Source: Tannockella kyphosi (GTDB taxonomy: Bacteria > Bacillota_I > Bacilli_A > Erysipelotrichales > Coprobacillaceae). Taken from it: a stretch of DNA of 32,000 nt. The DNA is taken from positions 930,001 through 962,000 of the forward strand of contig NZ_CP088239.1 in the NCBI RefSeq assembly GCF_021054785.1. Reading direction: 5' to 3'. Shown piece by piece: positions 8,601-16,132 of this stretch; positions within the stretch are counted from its first letter, which is position 1, and every line of letters starts with the position of its first letter. The notes beneath the pieces were generated by a model. It did no database searches. It saw nothing but the letters and a program-made list of their open reading frames with translations, and was not told the origin of the DNA. The position numbers were made by a program, and so were the translations under genes.

Positions 8601-9134
8601 CTATTCTACTACTTTAGCTTCGAAACGACAAACTCTAGCACCGCTTGCCCAACAATCTACTTCTGTCACAACATATTCTTTTTTTGTATATTCTTTTAAA
8701 ACACCTGCTAAAAATCCTTCATCATAGTTGCATACAGTTTCACCTGTAATTGGTAAACCAGAACAATCTAAATCTTCTCCAATTGTTAATACAGCAAATC
8801 CAGTTTCAACATCAAACTTCTCTACACGTAAAACACCAATTTTACTTTCCACCAATGTTTCTTGTAATTGAGAAATAAATTCATTAAAAGGCAAATCTAA
8901 ATTTAACATATGTTTTGCAAACTCACGACCAGCTAAATCCCCTGACTTTCTAAAAACATCAATCGCATTTTCTTTGCCATATTTTTCAATTAAAACATCT
9001 TTAATTGTAAATTGAAATAAGCGATATACATATACCGGCATTGATTCTCCTAAATTAGTACGTCCCTCTTCAATAGAGCCTATTGAATCCCAACTAAAAC
9101 GATTATCTTCTTCACTTTTTAAAAATTCCAACAT
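8601..9134 (-). CDS. V4R (4-vinyl-reductase-type) small-molecule-binding domain protein
   Basis: 177 aa with a Cys-containing C-terminal half (DCSGLP...CNYDEGFLAG...CWASGARVCRF) typical of V4R domains as I recall them. GGGGGAG SD. First gene of the operon. Confidence 0.65.
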   Translation of the reverse strand: MLEFLKSEEDNRFSWDSIGSIEEGRTNLGESMPVYVYRLFQFTIKDVLIEKYGKENAIDVFRKSGDLAGREFAKHMLNLDLPFNEFISQLQETLVESKIGVLRVEKFDVETGFAVLTIGEDLDCSGLPITGETVCNYDEGFLAGVLKEYTKKEYVVTEVDCWASGARVCRFEAKVVE

Positions 9135-9230
9135 ATGATTCTCCCCCTAATTTTAATTTATATTATAATAATTTTATCATAAAACAGCCTATAAATACTA
9201 CTTTATACATCATAAAATATAGAAATTATG

Positions 9231-9260
9231 AAAAAAAGAGAAATTATTTTAACATTTCTC
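9231..9260 (-). terminator. Probable terminator after the cyclase-like gene
   Basis: 7-bp stem gagaaat (9238-9244) / atttctc (9254-9260). On the minus strand it is followed by a T7 run (rc of 9231-9237). The stem overlaps the end of the CDS. Confidence 0.45.
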
Positions 9261-10668
9261 CCCTTTTTACATTTAAATTAATTTTATTAATTATTTGTTC
9301 ATCTAAATTGTCTATATAATCAAATAATCCATCGACATCAATAATCTTTAACAAAGGATTACTAGCAATACTCTGATAATGAACATCATTCACTTCTGCC
9401 AAATATGTATAGCCTTTAATAACATTATGTAAGCATTTTTCTACATGATCATATCGATGTAAACAAACAGGTGTTTGACTATGATAATGGTTATTAATTA
9501 AAAAAGAACAATTTAAGTTATATGTATCATCATAATATTCTTCTATCTCTCTTAAATAACCAAAACTATAATACATCTCTAATCCACCAAAGCCCCATTG
9601 ATCTTCTTGATTATTTTTACATAAAATTATTTTTAATTGTTTCTCATCCATAAAATAACATAAAAAACTACTATGTATCTTTGTAAGAGGTTTTAAATCA
9701 ATAAGCGTATTTTTATAATTTTTATGAATAATTTTTACAATTCTTTCTATTTTTTGTTGATAGCCATGTTCCTTTGTTAAATAATCAATAATATATTCTT
9801 CATAGCTTTTATAGCCTGTTTGAGAGATGTTCATTCTTGATTTCATGGAACATAAGTATTCATCAAAAACATTCTTTTTATCGCTTGTTTCTTCACTTAA
9901 AGAATCAATAAAACTAATTGTATCATCTCCATGATACATAAAGATAGGATATGGTAATTCATCCCAAACACCTTTTAATGCTTTGAAAGTAACTAAGTTT
10001 ACTTTCAAAAACATTTCTTCATAGTTTTTGCTTATAGAGATATTTAATTTTTTTTGAATATTATAATAATTTCTTAACAAAGATGCTAATGCAAATGAAA
10101 TTACTAATCTATTTTTCATACTATAACTAGAAGTTCTAAAACCAGTATCAATATCAGGCCCTATATATTCTACTTGTTTTCGGTTATCATTTATTTGATA
10201 TTCTGTATAGATATTATCTGTATAAAGACAATCATCTGATATTGTAGCAATCCATGCTGTAGCTTTAATGGAAAGCATTTTACCTGATTCAATATCACAA
10301 ATAATACCTTTATCAATTTTTTCATTTAATGTAACCATATTTTTATATACTTCATCTAAAGTATCATATACTTCATCTAGAGTACCAATATTCTTTGTAT
10401 AAATTATTTCATCCCCTAATGTTTTCCAAAATTGAAACCCACGAGAAGGACTATTAGCAAATTCACTAATAATATGACGTAAAATTTCACTAATAGCATA
10501 AGCCCATTTTCCTTTGTTTTTAGTTTTATATTTTGTTGAATTTACAATATCAAATGAAAAAAAGAAAGTTACAACTTCATCATCTTTATTATATTGAAAA
10601 TCATCCATCTCCCCTATTCTAGAAACAAGAGGTTTTAATTCGGTACTTATTTTATTGTCTATCTCCAT
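9244..10668 (-). CDS. Class III nucleotidyl-cyclase-like domain protein with an uncharacterised ~270-aa C-terminal region
   Basis: The N-terminal ~200 aa match the cyclase-homology-domain pattern: VTFFFSFDIVNST (FxDIxGFT-type, metal Asp), WKTLGDEIIY (K-x-GD, second metal Asp), and VEYIGPDIDTGFRTSSYSMKNRLVIS (dyxGxxVNxAaRl...ilvS). Start placed at the ATG at 10666-10668 (MEIDNK), with AGGTG 7 nt upstream. Confidence 0.55.
   Translation of the reverse strand: MEIDNKISTELKPLVSRIGEMDDFQYNKDDEVVTFFFSFDIVNSTKYKTKNKGKWAYAISEILRHIISEFANSPSRGFQFWKTLGDEIIYTKNIGTLDEVYDTLDEVYKNMVTLNEKIDKGIICDIESGKMLSIKATAWIATISDDCLYTDNIYTEYQINDNRKQVEYIGPDIDTGFRTSSYSMKNRLVISFALASLLRNYYNIQKKLNISISKNYEEMFLKVNLVTFKALKGVWDELPYPIFMYHGDDTISFIDSLSEETSDKKNVFDEYLCSMKSRMNISQTGYKSYEEYIIDYLTKEHGYQQKIERIVKIIHKNYKNTLIDLKPLTKIHSSFLCYFMDEKQLKIILCKNNQEDQWGFGGLEMYYSFGYLREIEEYYDDTYNLNCSFLINNHYHSQTPVCLHRYDHVEKCLHNVIKGYTYLAEVNDVHYQSIASNPLLKIIDVDGLFDYIDNLDEQIINKINLNVKRGEMLK
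10345..10386 (-). repeat. In-frame 21-bp tandem duplication inside the cyclase-like gene
   Basis: atatacttcatctaaagtatc (10345-10365) and atatacttcatctagagtacc (10366-10386) match at 19/21 positions. They encode LDEVYDT / LDEVYKN. Confidence 0.85.
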
Positions 10669-11183
10669 TTCATTACACCTAACCATTTCCCACGATTATT
10701 TGCAGCATATCTTGATACGCAAAAATAACGTGATAATTGTACGATATCAATATAATCATTAGTTGAATTCATATAAACATAATCAAGAAAATCTTTTTTT
10801 GGCATTAATAAATTATCAGCAAACTCTTGTGCTTGAAAGCTATATTCTGTAAAGCCTACTAGACTTTGATTTTCTTTGTAGTCGGTCCATTTTTCATTGT
10901 CTGTTAAATAACCCATATGTAAAAAAACATGTCCTAGCAAACAAGCGATTGCGTTATTTAAACGGGCTTGATTTTGTTTATCAGAAATATGTATTTCAAA
11001 TGTATATTCCTTATTTTCAACAACTCGAACATCACCATTCAAAGGATAATCACTTTTTAGTATTACTTTTCCTCCGATTGATTTCACGATTGGAATGATA
11101 TCGATTATTGGTATATTTATTTGATAGTAATCAATAATAATGTTACATACCTTGGTAATATCTTCTCTAGTCATTGGTAACAT
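10659..11183 (-). CDS. ImmA/IrrE (DUF955, M78-like) family protein with a degenerate metal/catalytic motif
   Basis: Family pattern: NNAIACLLGHVFLH (normally xxHELGHxxLH), EYSFQAQEFADNLLMPKKDF (E-x-x-AN-x-FA-x-x-LLMP), and a C-terminal VSRYAANNRGKWLGV. Start placed at the ATG at 11181-11183 (MLPMTRED), with AAGGAG 9 nt upstream. The track start is a TTG. Confidence 0.65.
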   Translation of the reverse strand: MLPMTREDITKVCNIIIDYYQINIPIIDIIPIVKSIGGKVILKSDYPLNGDVRVVENKEYTFEIHISDKQNQARLNNAIACLLGHVFLHMGYLTDNEKWTDYKENQSLVGFTEYSFQAQEFADNLLMPKKDFLDYVYMNSTNDYIDIVQLSRYFCVSRYAANNRGKWLGVMKWR

Positions 11184-11311
11184 AATTTCCCACTCCTTGC
11201 TTTGTTTATACAATAATTATAGCACTAACATTTAAAAAAGGTAAAGAAAATCATGAAATATTCAATGTTTTTAGATTTCTTGTTATTTTTTTAGATAAGA
11301 ATGTTTATATA

Positions 11312-11339
11312 TAAAAGAAAAACCACCAATTAGGTGGTT
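11312..11339 (-). terminator. Rho-independent terminator ending the cysD...nitroreductase transcription unit
   Basis: Stem aaccacc (11321-11327) / ggtggtt (11333-11339). On the minus strand it is followed by TTTCTTTT, directly after the stop at 11343. Confidence 0.7.
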
Positions 11340-11342
11340 AGG

Positions 11343-11849
11343 TTATTCATTAATATAGGTGATTTTATTTTCATTATATCGATCTTCATAATAATTAGCG
11401 TTTGACTTAGAAGGATATCCTATTGCAACAACACTTATTGGTTCTAAATAGTCTGGTAGTTGATACAGTTCACTAACATAAGTCATACGTTCTTTATTTG
11501 GCCACATACCACACCAAAGGGACCCTAACCCTAATGATGTAGCCTCTAGTAAGATGTTTTGAGTAGCTGCTGCTACATCGATAACAGCTGATTCAGGTTT
11601 TGTTAATTTTTGGGTGTTACTAACTAGTAAAATTGCTAGATTAGCTGTCGTTATTGCATTTGCATAAGGGTTGTATTTTGATAATTTTTCTAAGTTTTCT
11701 TTGCCTTTAATGACATAAAATTCCCATGGTTGTTGGTTTCTTGAAGAAGGTGCTTGCATTGCAGCTTTTAATAATAATTCTATTTTTTCATTCTCTACTT
11801 CTTTTTCATTAAATTGTCGTACACTACGACGATTAAAAATAGCATTCAT
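11343..11849 (-). CDS. Nitroreductase family protein
   Basis: The N-terminal FNRRSVRQF, QAPSSRNQQPWEF, and a C-terminal hydrophobic/GYP block are typical of the FMN nitroreductase fold. Confidence 0.85.
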   Translation of the reverse strand: MNAIFNRRSVRQFNEKEVENEKIELLLKAAMQAPSSRNQQPWEFYVIKGKENLEKLSKYNPYANAITTANLAILLVSNTQKLTKPESAVIDVAAATQNILLEATSLGLGSLWCGMWPNKERMTYVSELYQLPDYLEPISVVAIGYPSKSNANYYEDRYNENKITYINE

Positions 11850-11854
11850 TTTAT

Positions 11855-12508
11855 TTAAATCCTTTCTATGATATCCTTTTTATCAAATCTTGATTTAGGT
11901 ACATTTACATTTGGATCATTTGGCGAAGCATAACCTATTGCAACAACAAAACAAGATGTAAATCCTTTTTCATTTAGATTCAATAGGCTGTCTAAGCCAT
12001 ATTTATCGATGCCTTCAATACAAATAGAATCTAGTCCTAACATTGCGACCCCTACTAAAAAAGAGCCTAAATTTAAAAATAACTGATTTTCAGTCCAATG
12101 CTGAAAATCACGTTCTTTATAAATATGCATGTCACTAAACTGACACCTACTTTGATGAGCTAAAGACATTGCTTCATGATTTATAAACCTTCCATCACTA
12201 GCTTCTTTTTGTAATAATTTAACTAAATAATCTTCTTCTAGCCTAGCTTTACATGAAAATACAACCGTAATACAAGAATCTAAAATTTTTGCTACATTCG
12301 TTGGATACTCTTGTTTACATGCAGTAGCAATTTTTTCTTTGCCAATCTGTGTATTAGCAATAACAAAATGCCAAGGTTGTAAATTTGTAGAAGATGGTGC
12401 TAACTGTAATAAACTTTCAACTGCTAACAATTGTTCATTGGTTAATTTTCTATTTGGTTCAAATTGTTTACATGAATAACGATTTTCCATTAAATCAATA
12501 ATATCCAT
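11855..12508 (-). CDS. Oxygen-insensitive NAD(P)H nitroreductase-like protein (NfsB/FRase-like)
   Basis: RYSCKQFEP, LAPSSTNLQPWHF, AIGY. AAGGAG SD. Confidence 0.8.
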   Translation of the reverse strand: MDIIDLMENRYSCKQFEPNRKLTNEQLLAVESLLQLAPSSTNLQPWHFVIANTQIGKEKIATACKQEYPTNVAKILDSCITVVFSCKARLEEDYLVKLLQKEASDGRFINHEAMSLAHQSRCQFSDMHIYKERDFQHWTENQLFLNLGSFLVGVAMLGLDSICIEGIDKYGLDSLLNLNEKGFTSCFVVAIGYASPNDPNVNVPKSRFDKKDIIERI

Positions 12509-12559
12509 AACGTCTCCTTTATAAATCTAACTCTTAATCTTATCTAACAATTCCTGATT

Positions 12560-13303
12560 TTATACTTCTTTTACATCACTAACTGACCAAGTTTTTATAT
12601 TAAGACTCACAATTCCGCTACCACAATACTCACAAAACTTGTCACCTAAGTTTTTAACAGGTGCTCCACAATTAGGACAATTCAAGGCTAAAGCATCACT
12701 ATATTCAAACTCTGCTAAATCGCGATCTTGAATATAGATAACATCTATATTATATCTTGTTTGAAAACAAACAGATTTATTACCAGAAACTATTTCTTTA
12801 TTATTGTCTTCTACATAATGATAATATTGGATAGAAGCTTGAAATGTAATCTTACATTTTCCTTTTTGTTTCGTATAATTATTTAACTGACAATCATGGA
12901 TTAACATATTTGTAAAATGTTCTTTATATTGTTTCGATGAAAGCATTGCTAAATGCAATTCTAATTGATGAATCAAATCACTATTTACATAATCCGGTAA
13001 ATCAATATGATTATTATTGATGGATAATAAATAAGCCGACAATACATGTTCTGCTCTTTCTCTCATTTCATCATAATGAAAATCAGGAAAATCTTCCATA
13101 ATATTTGGTAAATATAATCTTGTAACACCTGCTATTGACTTAGGTGTTGATACATACTCTTGTTCAATTTTTTGAAAACCTTGTAACAAAGATTTTGTCC
13201 CAAAAGCAGTCCTTGAAAACTCTTCTATTTTAGTTTTTATATAAAAAACTAATCCACCTATCAAACAAACTAAAATAATTAATAAAAATAATGTAATTTG
13301 CAT
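12560..13303 (-). CDS. Membrane-anchored protein with a C-terminal zinc ribbon (function unknown)
   Basis: N-terminal TM (ITLFLLIILVCLIGGLVFYI) and a C-terminal CPNCGAPV-x10-CEYCGS. AGAGGTGA SD. Confidence 0.5.
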   Translation of the reverse strand: MQITLFLLIILVCLIGGLVFYIKTKIEEFSRTAFGTKSLLQGFQKIEQEYVSTPKSIAGVTRLYLPNIMEDFPDFHYDEMRERAEHVLSAYLLSINNNHIDLPDYVNSDLIHQLELHLAMLSSKQYKEHFTNMLIHDCQLNNYTKQKGKCKITFQASIQYYHYVEDNNKEIVSGNKSVCFQTRYNIDVIYIQDRDLAEFEYSDALALNCPNCGAPVKNLGDKFCEYCGSGIVSLNIKTWSVSDVKEV

Positions 13304-13391
13304 AATCTCACCTCTTATTAATAAAAATTATAGCATAAAACTTTAAAAAAATAAGCTCTTAATAAAAATTAATTCTATAATATAAAAACTA

Positions 13392-14297
13392 TTATTGATT
13401 TCCAATAATAGTTTTCCATTTTTCTTCATTACCATAACCAAATTGTCTCATTAATTTACCACAGTGCTTTTCCATGATTAAAGCATCTTCTTTATTCCAT
13501 AAGTCCCATGATGTACTTGGTTGTTTGGAATCAATTTTTTTATCAATTAATTCTGGTATAAAAGTAGCAGATATTTTTTGATAAGAAAAATCGGTAGCAA
13601 AGTTTAATAATTCTTCGAAATTTCTTTTTTTATCTTCTGTTAAAAATATATCTTCATATTTAAATACTTGAAAATTATCTTTATTTTTCATTTCTTCTAA
13701 TACGTAAGTATTTAACTTATTATAGAACCAACAATACTTTTCAAACTTAGAAAAGCTTGTCCAATCTTTTAGATAAGGATCCTCTTTAAAACAATTAGGT
13801 TGTAAACTAATATTACGAAAAAAGAACTCAATTGGTCCATACAAGCTATATTCTGTTTTATTTAATGCAGAATAAATCCATGTCCTAGGATCCCGTATAA
13901 TAAAGACAAAACGTGAATCTTGATAAATTTCATCAAGTAACCCTAATAAGCCATAAATATGACCAGAAGAATACACAACAACATTTTCCTTATATAACGC
14001 ATCAACTTGATTATTAATTTTTCGTGCATTTTTGCAAGCTTCCTCTTTTGAAATAGTACCAGCAATATAATCTCTACTTAGTTTATACATAGAATGATTA
14101 TTCATCCCTTGACCAAATGACATATGAAATAAACCATAATCTTTTATTTGTGATAAAAGTTGTTTTGGCTTTGAAAACCAGGGTGTTCCTGGTTCATGTA
14201 AAGAAACTGAATCTTCAATCATCATATTTAAGTATTTAGCAAAGAACTGCGTAGCAGTTCTTCCTGTTGAACATATAAATATTCTTTTTTTAGACAT
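13392..14297 (-). CDS. PAPS-dependent sulfotransferase family protein
   Basis: The N-terminal IFICSTGRTATQFF resembles the 5'-phosphosulfate-binding loop, and IIRDPRTWIYS resembles the 3'-phosphate-binding motif. It lies immediately downstream of cysNC (2-nt gap). AAGGAG SD. Confidence 0.65.
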   Translation of the reverse strand: MSKKRIFICSTGRTATQFFAKYLNMMIEDSVSLHEPGTPWFSKPKQLLSQIKDYGLFHMSFGQGMNNHSMYKLSRDYIAGTISKEEACKNARKINNQVDALYKENVVVYSSGHIYGLLGLLDEIYQDSRFVFIIRDPRTWIYSALNKTEYSLYGPIEFFFRNISLQPNCFKEDPYLKDWTSFSKFEKYCWFYNKLNTYVLEEMKNKDNFQVFKYEDIFLTEDKKRNFEELLNFATDFSYQKISATFIPELIDKKIDSKQPSTSWDLWNKEDALIMEKHCGKLMRQFGYGNEEKWKTIIGNQ

Positions 14298-14299
14298 AA

Positions 14300-16132
14300 T
14301 TACTCCTTCTTTACTATTAGTTTATCGATTATTTCAATAGCAATATCATTTGCACTAATAATTTCTGTATCAAATTCAAATTCTGGATTTGTTGGAATTT
14401 CATATGGATTTTGAATACCTGTAAAATTAGTTATCTCATTTAATCTTGCTTTTTGATATAAGCCTTTGACATCTCTTCTTTCACATTCTTCAATAGAAGT
14501 GGATAAGTAAACTTCATGAAAACAATCACCTATTGCTTTTCTAGCTTTTTGTCTATCTTTTTTATAAGGAGAAATTAAAGAAGTAATTACAATAAGTCCT
14601 GCATCATTCATAAGTTTAGCAACTTCAAAAACTCGCCTTATGTTTTCGACACGATCTGATTCATCAAAAGATAAATCTTTATTTAGACCATGACGTAAAT
14701 TATCTCCATCTAATAAAATAGTATGTTTTCCCATTGCTATTAGATGTTTTTCTAATGCATTAGCAACTGTTGTCTTACCGGCACCACTTAAGCCAGTCAA
14801 CCAAATAGTTAATGGTTCTTGATGTTTTTGATTCGAACGAACTTCCCTGGTAATATCAATATCTTGCCAAATAATATTATCCGTTCTTTTTAATTCTTTT
14901 ATAATAGTCCCGCACGCAGAAGTTTGATGAGAAATACGGTCAATTAGGATAAAACTCCCGATACTTTCTGTTTTTGAGAAAAGGTCTAATGTTATTTGGT
15001 TATTTAACATGATTGTTACTTCTGCAATATCATTCATAAAGACTTTTCTTGCTGATAAGAATTTTCCTGTTTGTAAATCAATACAATGATTAATGCTCAT
15101 TATTGTAGCAGGTATTAATTTAGTTCCACATTTAAATAGATAATTTTGACCAACACCTAATTCATGATGATCCATCCACAATATTTTTGCTTTTAAAAGG
15201 TCAGTAGTTATTAATTTAGTATTATTTGAAATAATATCACCTCTTGCAATATCAATTTCTTTATCCAAACAAACAGTCACACCTTGTCCTTTTAAAGCAC
15301 TATCTACATCTTTACTTCCTATCAAAATACGATTTACTGTAGCATGATTTCGATTTGGATAAATAGTAATATTTTGTCCCACAGTTAAATTACCAGCTTC
15401 TAATTGTCCTTGATAACCCCTAAAAGTATTATCTGGTCTACAAACTCGTTGTACTGGTAATAAGAAAGTATCATTGGCTCCCTGATCATGAATAACAACA
15501 GTTTCTAAATATTCAAAAAGTGTTTTCCCTTTATACCAAATTGTATTTTTAGATCTTTTTGTAATATTATCACCTTTGGTCGCTGATACTGGAATAGCAT
15601 GAATTGTTTCAACTTCAAGATTCGCACAATGTTGTGTAAAATCTCTTACAATCATTTCAAATCTTTCTTGATCATAAGCAATTAAGTCCATTTTGTTTGC
15701 TGCTAATATAAAATGCTTAATACCCATTAAATTACAAATATTAATATGTCGTAAAGTTTGTGGTAAAACTCCCCTAGAAGCATCTATTAGAATAATTGCT
15801 AAATCAGCAAATGATGCACCAACTGCCATATTTCTAGTATATTGTTCGTGTCCTGGACAATCAGCAACAATAAAATTTCTTTTTTCAGTAGCAAAATATC
15901 GATATGCAACATCGATTGTTATTCCTTGTTCTCTTTCTACCATTAATCCATCAAGTAATAAAGAATAATCAATATCTTCATTTTCACTAGATATTTTACT
16001 TGCTAATTCAATTGCTTGTTGTTGATCAGTAAAAATCATTTTTGCATCATAAAGCATATGCCCAATTAATGTAGATTTCCCATCATCAACAGATCCACAT
16101 GTAATAAACTTTAGTATATCTTTTTGTGCCAT
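14300..16132 (-). CDS. cysNC: Bifunctional sulfate adenylyltransferase subunit 1 / adenylylsulfate kinase (CysN-CysC fusion, NodQ-like)
   Basis: GTPase motifs GSVDDGKST, DCPGHEQY and NKMD in the N-terminal ~430 aa. The C-terminal APS-kinase part carries the P-loop LTGLSGAGKTT. The ATG overlaps the cysD stop (TAATG). Confidence 0.9.
   Translation of the reverse strand: MAQKDILKFITCGSVDDGKSTLIGHMLYDAKMIFTDQQQAIELASKISSENEDIDYSLLLDGLMVEREQGITIDVAYRYFATEKRNFIVADCPGHEQYTRNMAVGASFADLAIILIDASRGVLPQTLRHINICNLMGIKHFILAANKMDLIAYDQERFEMIVRDFTQHCANLEVETIHAIPVSATKGDNITKRSKNTIWYKGKTLFEYLETVVIHDQGANDTFLLPVQRVCRPDNTFRGYQGQLEAGNLTVGQNITIYPNRNHATVNRILIGSKDVDSALKGQGVTVCLDKEIDIARGDIISNNTKLITTDLLKAKILWMDHHELGVGQNYLFKCGTKLIPATIMSINHCIDLQTGKFLSARKVFMNDIAEVTIMLNNQITLDLFSKTESIGSFILIDRISHQTSACGTIIKELKRTDNIIWQDIDITREVRSNQKHQEPLTIWLTGLSGAGKTTVANALEKHLIAMGKHTILLDGDNLRHGLNKDLSFDESDRVENIRRVFEVAKLMNDAGLIVITSLISPYKKDRQKARKAIGDCFHEVYLSTSIEECERRDVKGLYQKARLNEITNFTGIQNPYEIPTNPEFEFDTEIISANDIAIEIIDKLIVKKE

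Noticed and set aside
9135-9230. Looked for a c-di-GMP (GEMM) riboswitch or a clear sigma-A promoter in the leader of the V4R-GGDEF-EAL operon.
   Set aside because: No GEMM-like conserved GCAAA/GGGACGCAAAGCC-type segments are present. A TATAAT is present, but there is no acceptable -35 at 16-18 nt, so nothing is reportable.
9538-9597. Nudix-box-like string WGFGGLEMYYSFGYLREIEEYYD in the C-terminal part of the cyclase-like protein, preceded by LKIILCKNNQ.
   Set aside because: The G-to-RE distance fits GX5EX7REUXEEXGU, but the first Glu is one position off, the second EE reads EY and the final G is absent. That is not enough to call a Nudix domain without a profile search. It is kept only as a hint for the HHpred check.
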